From positions 1-55,026 of the forward strand of contig CAYUJZ010000005.1 in NCBI GenBank assembly GCA_964445165.1: 55,026 nt of DNA. The letters run 5' to 3'. The notes under the pieces are model-generated. The model made no database searches, was not told where the DNA came from, and saw only the letters and a program-made list of their open reading frames with translations. This DNA is from an uncultured Methanosarcinales archaeon (lineage in GTDB: Archaea; Nanobdellota; Nanobdellia; Woesearchaeales; JASKKU01). Below, one piece after another: positions 8,730 to 16,097 of the stretch. How positions within the stretch are numbered: position 1 is the first letter of the stretch; the number at the start of each line of letters is the position of its first letter. A program made the translations under genes and the position numbers.

Positions 8730-9104
8730 TGTGAAGGAGGAAAACACTTGGCTTTTATTATTCCTTCAAAAATCAGAATTCAATACATAACTAAAGCATA
8801 AAAAAGCATAAAGGCAGCCTGCGGCAACAGCTCTTTGGAAACGCCAAATTTAGCTGCTTAAGGCTAGAAGCACCTAAGGAACCTGACAATCAAGCCACGC
8901 TTTTTCTCTCTACTTTGGATAGCAATTCTAACAGGCTGATAACTATCTTTGATTCTGTGCTAAGCAATAGCAACCTGCAAATCAGCGACAGGGCGCAGTA
9001 TTCGCTGGATAAAATCATCTCGCTTGAGTTAGCTCCGCTCCTTGAAAGGAATTTTTGAGTTTTTTCTGCAAACATTTATTAACAACCTTCAGCACAGTCA
9101 TTTT

Positions 9105-9260
9105 ATGAAATACCTTTTTATCCTTCTAGCGCTGTTGCTTACCGGCTGCCAGGCAGTAAGCCTGCAGGTTGAAAAAAGCGAAAGCCTTAGAGAATACCTG
9201 AAGGAGTGCAAAGAGTCAAAACCAGACTTTTCTGATTTCGATAAGTATAGTAGACCTTAA
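9105..9260 (+). CDS. Small putative lipoprotein (51 aa)
   Basis: 'MKYLFILLALLLTGCQ' is a signal peptide plus lipobox-like LTGC. ATG at 9105. A TATA-like CATTTATTA lies about 25 nt upstream. Confidence 0.4.
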   Translation: MKYLFILLALLLTGCQAVSLQVEKSESLREYLKECKESKPDFSDFDKYSRP

Positions 9261-9267
9261 AGAAACC

Positions 9268-9275
9268 TTTATAAA
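9268..9275 (+). promoter_or_regulatory. TATA box (TTTATAAA) 26 nt upstream of tRNA-His
   Basis: The position relative to the tRNA 5' end at 9301 matches archaeal -26/-27 TATA spacing. Confidence 0.45.
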
Positions 9276-9300
9276 CAAACCTCTTCTTCATATGGCTGCT

Positions 9301-9374
9301 GGTGGCGGTGATGTAATCTGGCAGCATATGAGGTTGTGGCCCTCACAGTCCGGGTTCAAATCCCGGCCGTCACC
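9301..9374 (+). tRNA. tRNA-His (anticodon GTG) with genome-encoded G-1
   Basis: Hand fold: G-1, acceptor GTGGCGG/CCGTCAC, D stem ATGT/GCAT, anticodon stem TGAGG/CCTCA, loop TTGTGGC, T arm CCGGG-TTCAAAT-CCCGG. Discriminator C pairs with G-1. Confidence 0.85.
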
Positions 9375-9378
9375 CTTC

Positions 9379-10284
9379 TCAAATATTTTCAAGAATGCTT
9401 TTCAGCAACAAAGCCCGTTCAGAAAAAGGAACACTGCTCCAATTTTTATCCTTGTCCAGCATTGAGCACAGAATCTTTTCTGCATCACAACTGAGAGCAT
9501 CACCCTTACCATCTGCAATCCTGCCAAGGTTTTCAAAGGTTTTCTTCCTGTTAAGCTCAACAAGCCTGTTAACACTCTCTTTTTCTTCAATTTTCTCTAC
9601 AGCCTCTTTGACTTTCTTAATAATATAAATACACTTAACAGCATCTCTCAGCAGCCTCTCTTCCATAGTCAGTTCCCCGTCAAGAAAAGAGCATGAGTTA
9701 TGCAGCTTATCAATGAGCTTGATTAGGATTATACATCTCCCGGAGTCATCAACCCCTTCTTTTACAATATTCTGCACATAGCTCGCGTAGCTCTCCTTTC
9801 TGTTTCTTGTAAGCGCAAGAACATTCTCAAAGACAATTTCCTGCTCTTCATCTTCAAGCCCAAGTTTTCTCAGGTACTCCCTAAACTCCATTCTCAGTTC
9901 AAGGAAAAGCCTTTCCTTCTCTGCCTCGGCCCATTCCCCGCCTCTGATAAGGAAATCCCTCCTGTCCTCAATCCAGTCATGGCAGAACGCAACCAGCTTT
10001 CCGGTCTCATCTTCGTTTTTTAACAAAGAAAACAGCCATGTTACAGATATCTGGTGCGATATCGTAGGCTCAAAGTTTTTTCTGAGGTCTTTAGCAATCT
10101 TCCTGTAAAATTCAATTTCCTTAAGAATTATCTTTGATGCAAGCATTGCATCTAGCCCGAATAACTCAGAATTATTATTTATTTCCTTGTATACAGGCTC
10201 CGGCTCATTAAGCACCATCAGCTTTCCGGATAAAGCAGAAATCTTCCTGAATCCTTTCTCAATCTCTTTGAGGTTATTAAGCAT
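9379..10284 (-). CDS. HD-domain protein resembling the RelA/SpoT (Mesh1-type) (p)ppGpp hydrolase domain
   Basis: 'SHQISV' ... 'FCHDWIEDRRD' ... 'ESYASYVQNI' ... 'ILIKLIDKLHNS' parallels the SpoT hydrolase blocks H..., LHDxxED, KLADRLHN. ATG at 10282-10284; a TATA-like element on the minus strand lies at about 10305-10316. Confidence 0.55.
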   Translation of the reverse strand: MLNNLKEIEKGFRKISALSGKLMVLNEPEPVYKEINNNSELFGLDAMLASKIILKEIEFYRKIAKDLRKNFEPTISHQISVTWLFSLLKNEDETGKLVAFCHDWIEDRRDFLIRGGEWAEAEKERLFLELRMEFREYLRKLGLEDEEQEIVFENVLALTRNRKESYASYVQNIVKEGVDDSGRCIILIKLIDKLHNSCSFLDGELTMEERLLRDAVKCIYIIKKVKEAVEKIEEKESVNRLVELNRKKTFENLGRIADGKGDALSCDAEKILCSMLDKDKNWSSVPFSERALLLKSILENI

Positions 10285-10340
10285 GCAAAAGAGCACAAGA
10301 TAGCTTTTATATATTTTTTCATTAAAAATAAAGAAAAGAG

Positions 10341-10414
10341 TGAATCCTGGGGGCTTCGAACCCCCGACCTTCCGGTTAAGAGCCGGATGCTCTACCAGGC
10401 TGAGCTAAGGATCC
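10341..10414 (-). tRNA. tRNA-Lys (anticodon CTT)
   Basis: Hand fold: acceptor GGATCCT/AGGATTC, D arm GCTC-AGCCTGGTA-GAGC, anticodon stem TCCGG/CCGGA, loop CTCTTAA, T arm GGGGG-TTCGAAG-CCCCC. A TATA-like element on the minus strand lies at about 10436-10446. Confidence 0.85.
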
Positions 10415-10460
10415 ATGTATCTTTGGCATTCTGCTTTTATTTTTAAAGCTTTTGCCTTAG

Positions 10461-12359
10461 CTACCTTAACCTGATGGCATCAAGGTTTCTTGGAACCATA
10501 GTTTCAATCCTGTAAGCCTTGTGCAGGCTGCTCGCAAGGTCAATTGCCCTTGACACCTCACCATGCAGAATAATAACCTTTTTTGGCTTTGGGTTCAGTG
10601 CACCGACAAAGCCCATAAGCTGCTTTCTGTCACTATGCCCGGAGAGCCCCTCTATTGTAACAATCCTAGTCTTTAGCTGGAGCACTTCATGCCGGTTCTC
10701 CCCAGATGCAAAGGCAACCTCTCTTTCCCCGTTCTGTATCCTTCTTCCAAGAGACCCCTCACCTTGATAGGAAACAAACAGAAGCAAGTTCTTAGGGTTA
10801 TCGCCGAAATTCTTAAGGTATTCAACACTGGGGCCGCCGACAAGCATTCCTGACGTTGCAAGCACAATGCATGGCTCTCCATCAATAACCTCCTGCCTTT
10901 CCTTGGCAGAGCCAACCTGCCTGAAAACTTCCGAAAGGAAAGGATTTAAGTCCATATGAAAGATAAGCTTCCTTAAGTGCGGGTTGAAAAACTCAGGATA
11001 GGCAGAGTAAATCGCAGTAATGTCCCAGACCATCCCATCAATAAAAACAGGATGCATTGGCAATTTTCCCTCCCTCATTGCCTTTTCAATCAGCATCATA
11101 ACCTCCTGCGCCCTTCCAGACCCAAGCACAGGCACAAGCACCTTGCCGCCATTATTCAAGGTTTCTTTCACAGCCGAGATAAGCATCTCCTCGCTCTCTT
11201 TCTTAGTCATAAGCACATTGTCTTTTCCGCCATAAGTGCTTTCAATAATCAATGTTTCAAGCCTGGGAAACCTTGTCTCTGCCTGGTCAAGCAGCAGGCT
11301 TTTCGCATACTTTAAGTCTCCCGTGTAAAGGATATTGTGAAGCCCGTTTCCAATATGCAGGTGAACCATCGAGCTTCCAAGAATGTGCCCGGCGTTGTAC
11401 AGCGTTATCCTGATATCAGGAGTAATGTCAGAAACCTCCTCATAATTAAGCGTTACAGTGTGCTTGATGAACTCCTTAATGTCATCCATGGAAAATATAG
11501 GGTCTTTCCTCTTGTCCATCATGACTTTTATATAATCAATAAGCAGCATTGCAGAAACATCCCTGGTTGGCTCAGTGCAATACACAGGGCCCCGGTAGCC
11601 GAACTTAAACAGGTATGGCACAAACCCAACATGGTCAAGGTGAGAGTGGCTGATTATCACAGCATCAATCTCATCAATCTTAAAATCAGGAGAGTCCAGG
11701 AAAGGGTACCCGTTGCTTGAGTCAGTGATGTCAACGCCACAGTCAATCAACACCCTTGATTCCGGAGTCTGCAGAAGCAGGCAGCTCTTTCCCACCTGCC
11801 TGGCCCCACCAAGAAAGCTCATCCTTACCCACTCTTCCCTTTTGTTTCTTGTCCACCCATCGTAAATCCTGTGCCCGACTTTATTTAAGAAATCCCTCCT
11901 GTACTCAGACTCAATAAAGAGCACTTTTCTTATGTCATCCACAATCTTTGACTTGACAGGCGGAGCCCTTCTCACATTAGGTATCCAAAGAGTTTCCTCT
12001 TTAATTTGCTTTAAAAGTGAGCCTTCCTTTCCAATAACCAGTCCCGGCTTAAGCGCCTCAATAACAACCACAGACCTCGCCGGATCAAACAGTATATCCT
12101 TTATTTCAGCTTCTTCAGGAACCATGTCCCTTATGCTTTTCTCAACCTCTTTCTGGCTTTTAAGAATGCTTGGGTCAGCCCTAAGCTCAATTCTTTTCTT
12201 GAGCATGTCAACAGCCCTTTTAATGTCATCCCCGGGGTCAAGCAGGTAATTCCTGTCAGTAGTATAAAGGACAATATTCGCACCCTCAAAAAAAGCCTTG
12301 CTTATCCTTTCCTTTTCAACAACTTCATAAATCTCTTTAATAATGTCTAGCTTCGGCAT
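10461..12359 (-). CDS. aCPSF1: aCPSF1/FttA-type KH-KH-metallo-beta-lactamase-beta-CASP ribonuclease
   Basis: 632 aa with an N-terminal KH region including a GxxG motif 'VIGKEG', the 'HSHLDHVG' metallo-beta-lactamase motif, and beta-CASP length and architecture. Confidence 0.9.
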   Translation of the reverse strand: MPKLDIIKEIYEVVEKERISKAFFEGANIVLYTTDRNYLLDPGDDIKRAVDMLKKRIELRADPSILKSQKEVEKSIRDMVPEEAEIKDILFDPARSVVVIEALKPGLVIGKEGSLLKQIKEETLWIPNVRRAPPVKSKIVDDIRKVLFIESEYRRDFLNKVGHRIYDGWTRNKREEWVRMSFLGGARQVGKSCLLLQTPESRVLIDCGVDITDSSNGYPFLDSPDFKIDEIDAVIISHSHLDHVGFVPYLFKFGYRGPVYCTEPTRDVSAMLLIDYIKVMMDKRKDPIFSMDDIKEFIKHTVTLNYEEVSDITPDIRITLYNAGHILGSSMVHLHIGNGLHNILYTGDLKYAKSLLLDQAETRFPRLETLIIESTYGGKDNVLMTKKESEEMLISAVKETLNNGGKVLVPVLGSGRAQEVMMLIEKAMREGKLPMHPVFIDGMVWDITAIYSAYPEFFNPHLRKLIFHMDLNPFLSEVFRQVGSAKERQEVIDGEPCIVLATSGMLVGGPSVEYLKNFGDNPKNLLLFVSYQGEGSLGRRIQNGEREVAFASGENRHEVLQLKTRIVTIEGLSGHSDRKQLMGFVGALNPKPKKVIILHGEVSRAIDLASSLHKAYRIETMVPRNLDAIRLR

Positions 12360-12444
12360 TTACATAAACCTCATCCATTTTTTCCAAAAATCACTCAAAA
12401 GAAATTTTTTAACCAATCTTTTTTATCAAGCTTAGCTTCCGGGC

Positions 12445-13089
12445 TTATTCAGGCTTCTCTATGCTGAACTCCTTGTCAACATCAACCTTAAAGCCGCTAT
12501 CTGTTACGCTTACAATCTCTATTCCATTTCCAGACCCTATGTCCCTGTTCAAAGCCCCATAGAGCGCCTTGTAGGCAAGCTTAACCCCTTCTTTGGCAAG
12601 AAGCCCCTCTTTATACTCGTTTTCAAGCATCCCATAGGCAAACACGCTTCCGCTACCAGAACAGATAAAGTTTTTGTGCTCCGAGACAGAGCCGTCCGGG
12701 TAAAGGTCATATAGTGAATACCCCTTTGGATCCTTTCCCCCAAGCACAAAATGCGTAATTGATGGAATTGCAGAAAATGACCTAATCTTCTGGTAAACTA
12801 TCAGCCCCAGCAGGTTTGCAATCTCGCTCACGCTTGGGTCCCTTTGGCACCTCAGTGCAAAAAGCTTAATCTCTGCCTTTATCAGCTTAATCAGGAGCTG
12901 GGCATCAGAAACCGACCCGGCAATAGTAAGAGCCAAGTTTTTGTCTATCTGGTGAATCTTCTTAGCCTTTTTGTCAGCAATAAGATAGCCGGCAGTAGCC
13001 CTTTTGTCAGAGCCAAGGACTACGCCATCCTTGCAGATTATGCCTACAGTTGTTGTGCCAGTTTTAAGAACATTTTCTTCCTTAATCAT
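12445..13089 (-). CDS. psmB: Proteasome beta subunit
   Basis: A short propeptide is followed by 'TGTTTVGIICKDGVVLGSDKRAT', which carries the N-terminal Thr nucleophile context. 214 aa. Confidence 0.9.
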   Translation of the reverse strand: MIKEENVLKTGTTTVGIICKDGVVLGSDKRATAGYLIADKKAKKIHQIDKNLALTIAGSVSDAQLLIKLIKAEIKLFALRCQRDPSVSEIANLLGLIVYQKIRSFSAIPSITHFVLGGKDPKGYSLYDLYPDGSVSEHKNFICSGSGSVFAYGMLENEYKEGLLAKEGVKLAYKALYGALNRDIGSGNGIEIVSVTDSGFKVDVDKEFSIEKPE

Positions 13090-13193
13090 TTCTTAACCTC
13101 TTTTCAGAAGAAACCAATAAACCTGTGTAGGAAGCATTTTGTTTAAATATTTTTCCCTTTTTCGTTTTACAATTCCAGTGAAAAGAGAAATCT

Positions 13194-13201
13194 TTTTAAA
13201 T
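13194..13201 (+). promoter_or_regulatory. TATA box (TTTTAAAT) about 31 nt upstream of the ATG at 13232
   Basis: Supports the internal ATG at 13232 as the true start of the KaiC-like gene. Confidence 0.4.
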
Positions 13202-13231
13202 GTAACCTCCAAAGAGCATTTAAGTGAGAGC

Positions 13232-13918
13232 ATGGCAGAGCGAATGAAGACAGGCATTTTAGGATTTGATGATTTAATAAAAGGCGGCCTTATTGTAAAC
13301 TCAATAAACCTGGTAACAGGTGGTCCCGGAAGCGGAAAAAGCATTTTCTCAATGGCCTTTTTGTATATGGGAGCAAGCAAGTTCAATGAAAAAGGCCTTT
13401 ACATAACATTTGATGAAAACATAGATGACCTGAAAAAAGATGCTGCCGAGCTCGGCTGGGATTTTGGTGAGTTAGAAAAAAAAGGGCTGGTTAGGTTTGT
13501 TTACATACACCCTTACGAGCCTGAAATAAACCAGCGCATAGAGTCAGAGATTGTCTCTTTCTCACCAGAAAGGGTCGTTGTGGACTCAATCTCAACCTTG
13601 AGCATGTCATTTGCAGATGCCTACGAAGTCAGGAAGGAGCTCTACAAGCTAGCTTTCTTTTTCAAGAAATCCGCCTCAACCACGCTTCTGACAAGCGAGA
13701 TGCAGTCAGAAAAAGACATGTATTCAAGATACGGCGTGGAGGAATTTGTTGCAGACTCTGTATTTGCATTCCACTACGGAGGCTTTGGCGGTCCCGACGA
13801 CAGGACAGTCAGGATAATAAAAATGAGGCGCTCTGGCCATGAAGACGGCCCAATACCTTTCAAGATAACTAGGAAAGGAATTGCGTTCAGCAAAGAAGCC
13901 TCAAAAATAAAGCTTTAA
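13232..13918 (+). CDS. Single-domain KaiC/RadA/ArlH-like RecA-superfamily ATPase
   Basis: 'GILGFDDLIKGG', Walker A 'GGPGSGKS' and Walker B-like 'RVVVDSIS'. About 228 aa. Confidence 0.8.
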   Translation: MAERMKTGILGFDDLIKGGLIVNSINLVTGGPGSGKSIFSMAFLYMGASKFNEKGLYITFDENIDDLKKDAAELGWDFGELEKKGLVRFVYIHPYEPEINQRIESEIVSFSPERVVVDSISTLSMSFADAYEVRKELYKLAFFFKKSASTTLLTSEMQSEKDMYSRYGVEEFVADSVFAFHYGGFGGPDDRTVRIIKMRRSGHEDGPIPFKITRKGIAFSKEASKIKL

Positions 13919-13927
13919 GGTGAGTAA

Positions 13928-14287
13928 ATGAGAAAATTACAAAAAGAAAAAAGCATCAGGCAGACAATAAGGGCAGTCTCAAGGCGAATCACTGATGCAG
14001 AAAAGCAGTTCATAAGCCTTAAAGTAGAGAAAGCCAAGCTCACAAGGGAAAAGGCAAAGCTTGTGCTTATAGGCTCATTTATGGTGTACTTTGCAGCAAT
14101 ATTTCTCTCAGTTATGGCTTATTCCGGTGGGCTTAGGGACAAGATGATAATCAGCTTCATAATTGGCGGAGCCACAATAGTATTTATTGTAAGCATCTTT
14201 CCTTACCTTCTTGAGACCAGAAAAGAGGAGAAAGAGATCTCAGACATGATTAATGAGCTTACAGACTCAGACAACTTCGGTGATTAA
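13928..14287 (+). CDS. Small membrane protein (coiled-coil N-terminus, two TM helices)
   Basis: Starts 10 nt after the ATPase stop, with GGTGA just upstream. TM segments are 'LVLIGSFMVYFAAIFLSVMAY' and 'IISFIIGGATIVFIVSIFPYLL'. Confidence 0.55.
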   Translation: MRKLQKEKSIRQTIRAVSRRITDAEKQFISLKVEKAKLTREKAKLVLIGSFMVYFAAIFLSVMAYSGGLRDKMIISFIIGGATIVFIVSIFPYLLETRKEEKEISDMINELTDSDNFGD

Positions 14288-14293
14288 GCAAGT

Positions 14294-14545
14294 TTAGAAG
14301 TCAGAAATAAGCTCATGGATGACCCTTAGCTTTTCTATCTTAACAGGCCATACAACCATTGCCCTGTCTATTCTCTTGACCCGCACAGAGCCCTGCTCTT
14401 CAAGCTTTCTTATGTGATACATCATCTTGGAAATGTTCGCAGTGCTTTCCTTGATATCAAGAATCCTGCAGATCTCAGTAGGGTAAGTAGGCCACTTGCT
14501 TTCAATTATCCTAAGAATCTCCGCCCTTAAGCTCTTTCCCCTCAT
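14294..14545 (-). CDS. Small winged-helix (ArsR/MarR-like) DNA-binding protein
   Basis: 'LRAEILRIIESKWPTYPTEICRILDIKESTANISKMMYHIRKLEEQGSV' has a typical wHTH pattern. ATG at 14543-14545. Confidence 0.55.
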   Translation of the reverse strand: MRGKSLRAEILRIIESKWPTYPTEICRILDIKESTANISKMMYHIRKLEEQGSVRVKRIDRAMVVWPVKIEKLRVIHELISDF

Positions 14546-14663
14546 TGAGCACACCAATGCATAAGCCTTTTTTCAGCATTTATAAATGTTCTTCTTTCCG
14601 GCACCTAAAGCCAGGTAAAGCCAAGTAGAAAGCTTTATTTATTAAAGGCATTTTGTTGAGGTT

Positions 14664-15119
14664 ATGGCAAAGGCAATTGTTGACAAGCCAATACAAGAGG
14701 TAGTGTTAAGAAGATATGAAAAGCCAGGCGCACTTTCAGAGAGAGAGCTCGTAAAAAGGGTATGCCTAAGCCTAGGCCTCCTGAACCCGGGAGACTCAAG
14801 GGACGTGGTAGTGGACATCCTTTATGTTTTTCTTAAAAGGAAAAAGAATTTTGACCTTAGCTCACTTGAAAAGGCAGTTTACAGGGCAAGAAAAATGTTT
14901 AAGAGGCCGCAGATTGGAATAACCCCGTCAAACATCACAAGGCAGCTAAGGAAGCTAAGAGAGCTGCAGATAATCGAAAGGGCAGATAAGCTTTACAAAA
15001 TCCGTGAAAATCTCTCCCTCTCAGAAATCTTTGAGTCAAAAATCGAGAGAATACTTATTGAGCCAACTATTGAAAGAATCAAGGAGTACCTGGCATTAGC
15101 AGATGAAAAGCTCAAGTAA
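14664..15119 (+). CDS. Hypothetical protein with a probable winged-helix segment (151 aa)
   Basis: 'ITPSNITRQLRKLRELQIIER' is HTH-like. A TATA-like element lies about 30 nt upstream. Confidence 0.5.
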   Translation: MAKAIVDKPIQEVVLRRYEKPGALSERELVKRVCLSLGLLNPGDSRDVVVDILYVFLKRKKNFDLSSLEKAVYRARKMFKRPQIGITPSNITRQLRKLRELQIIERADKLYKIRENLSLSEIFESKIERILIEPTIERIKEYLALADEKLK

Positions 15120-15241
15120 CCAAAGTCAGCCAGGAAATAGCCTTTTTTATAGCCCTTTTTACACTGTTTTCCCTCGAATAAAACACAAAGTTTAAATAAT
15201 ACCTCCTCCTAAACGCTTCAGACGGTTTTAGAGGTAAAAAA

Positions 15242-15472
15242 ATGGGACAAGTTGTTTTTAAAGCAGGAGTAAAAAAAGAGCCTGGCTTCTTGTATTTTGT
15301 AGACAAGAACGGAAACATCTCCAGAGTTGAGATGGCCAGAGGAAAGAGCAAGTCTAGGAAGAAGAAAGAGGTAGTGTTTAAGGCAGGAATCACAAAAGAG
15401 TCCGGCTTTCTGTACTACGTAGACAAGAATGGAAACATCTCCAGGGCCAAGATGGCCAGGGGAAGGAAGTAA
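15242..15472 (+). CDS. Small basic protein made of two tandem 32-aa repeats (76 aa)
   Basis: The two repeats are 'VVFKAGVKKEPGFLYFVDKNGNISRVEMARGK' and 'VVFKAGITKESGFLYYVDKNGNISRAKMARGR', joined by 'SKSRKKKE'. Confidence 0.6.
   Translation: MGQVVFKAGVKKEPGFLYFVDKNGNISRVEMARGKSKSRKKKEVVFKAGITKESGFLYYVDKNGNISRAKMARGRK
15251..15466 (+). repeat. Intragenic tandem duplication, 2 x 96 nt with a 120-nt period
   Basis: 15251-15346 and 15371-15466 align without gaps and differ mostly at synonymous or conservative positions. Confidence 0.8.
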
Positions 15473-15524
15473 GCCTTTCTAGCTTTCAAAAGCTTTTTAT
15501 TTTTTTATTTTCTATCTTTTTCTT

Positions 15525-16097
15525 ATGAAGTATGAATTTAGCGATGATTCAGCATTGTTGCTTGGCTCTGCAAAGCGATTTTTCAGGGAAGGAAGAATTC
15601 TTGAGATGGGCTCAGGCACAGGCGAAATAACCCTTAAGCTTGCCTCAGAGCATCCCGAAAGCACCTTTCTAGCAGCAGAGCTGGATGAAGAATCAGCCAG
15701 AGAAGCAGCGAAAAGGCTTTCCCAGCTTGAAAACGCAAGATGCATTCAAACAAATCTCTTCTTAGCAATAAGCCCTGAGGAAAAATTCGATATGATTCTG
15801 TTTAACCCGCCTTACCTTCCGGATGACCCTGAGTTTAGAGACAAGGCACTTCATGGAGGCAGGAAAGGAAACGAGCTTACAATAGAATTTTTAGGGCAGG
15901 CATTCCAAAGGCTTAACAGCACAGGCATACTGCTTTTTATAGCAAGCACCCTTTCATATCCAGAAGAGATTGAATTCAGGATGCAAAAGTTAAGCCTGGT
16001 ATTTGATATCGTCGGCACAAAAAGCCTCTTTTTTGAGAAGCTCTTGGTATATAGGGCACAAAAGGCAAAGCAGAATGAAAAAAATTACAAGCAGTGA
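15525..16097 (+). CDS. HemK/Mtq2-like SAM-dependent (NPPY) methyltransferase
   Basis: SAM motif 'ILEMGSGTGEITL' and catalytic 'FNPPY'. 190 aa. Confidence 0.8.
   Translation: MKYEFSDDSALLLGSAKRFFREGRILEMGSGTGEITLKLASEHPESTFLAAELDEESAREAAKRLSQLENARCIQTNLFLAISPEEKFDMILFNPPYLPDDPEFRDKALHGGRKGNELTIEFLGQAFQRLNSTGILLFIASTLSYPEEIEFRMQKLSLVFDIVGTKSLFFEKLLVYRAQKAKQNEKNYKQ

Noticed and set aside
8850-8910. Minus-strand GUCAGGUUCCUUAGGUGC...AAGCAGC, reminiscent of SRP RNA helix 8 (CAGG-UCC-GGAA-GGA-AGCAGC).
   Set aside because: There is no GNAR tetraloop, the spacing to the AGCAGC element is wrong, and I could not build the conserved asymmetric and symmetric loops. It is kept only as part of the generic 'unexplained gap' finding.
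8890-9075. A 61-aa minus-strand ORF in the large intergenic gap.
   Set aside because: It has no promoter or SD context and a leucine/serine-rich composition, and it overlaps the likely promoter of the lipoprotein gene. It is retained only as part of the gap to be checked with expression or conservation data.
9301-10414. Possible integrated mobile element bounded by tRNA-His and tRNA-Lys (and similarly a 27.7-39.3 kb island next to tRNA-Phe).
   Set aside because: No integrase, transposase or tRNA-fragment direct repeat was visible by eye. Only one ordinary-looking gene lies between the two tRNAs. This is left as a compositional or synteny check rather than a call.
13093-13386. A 97-aa minus-strand ORF, and the 5' extension (13139-13231) of the KaiC-like ORF, spanning the psmB/ATPase divergent promoter.
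   Set aside because: The region contains TATA elements for both flanking genes. The ATPase family N-terminus starts at the ATG at 13232, and the extra sequences are low-complexity.
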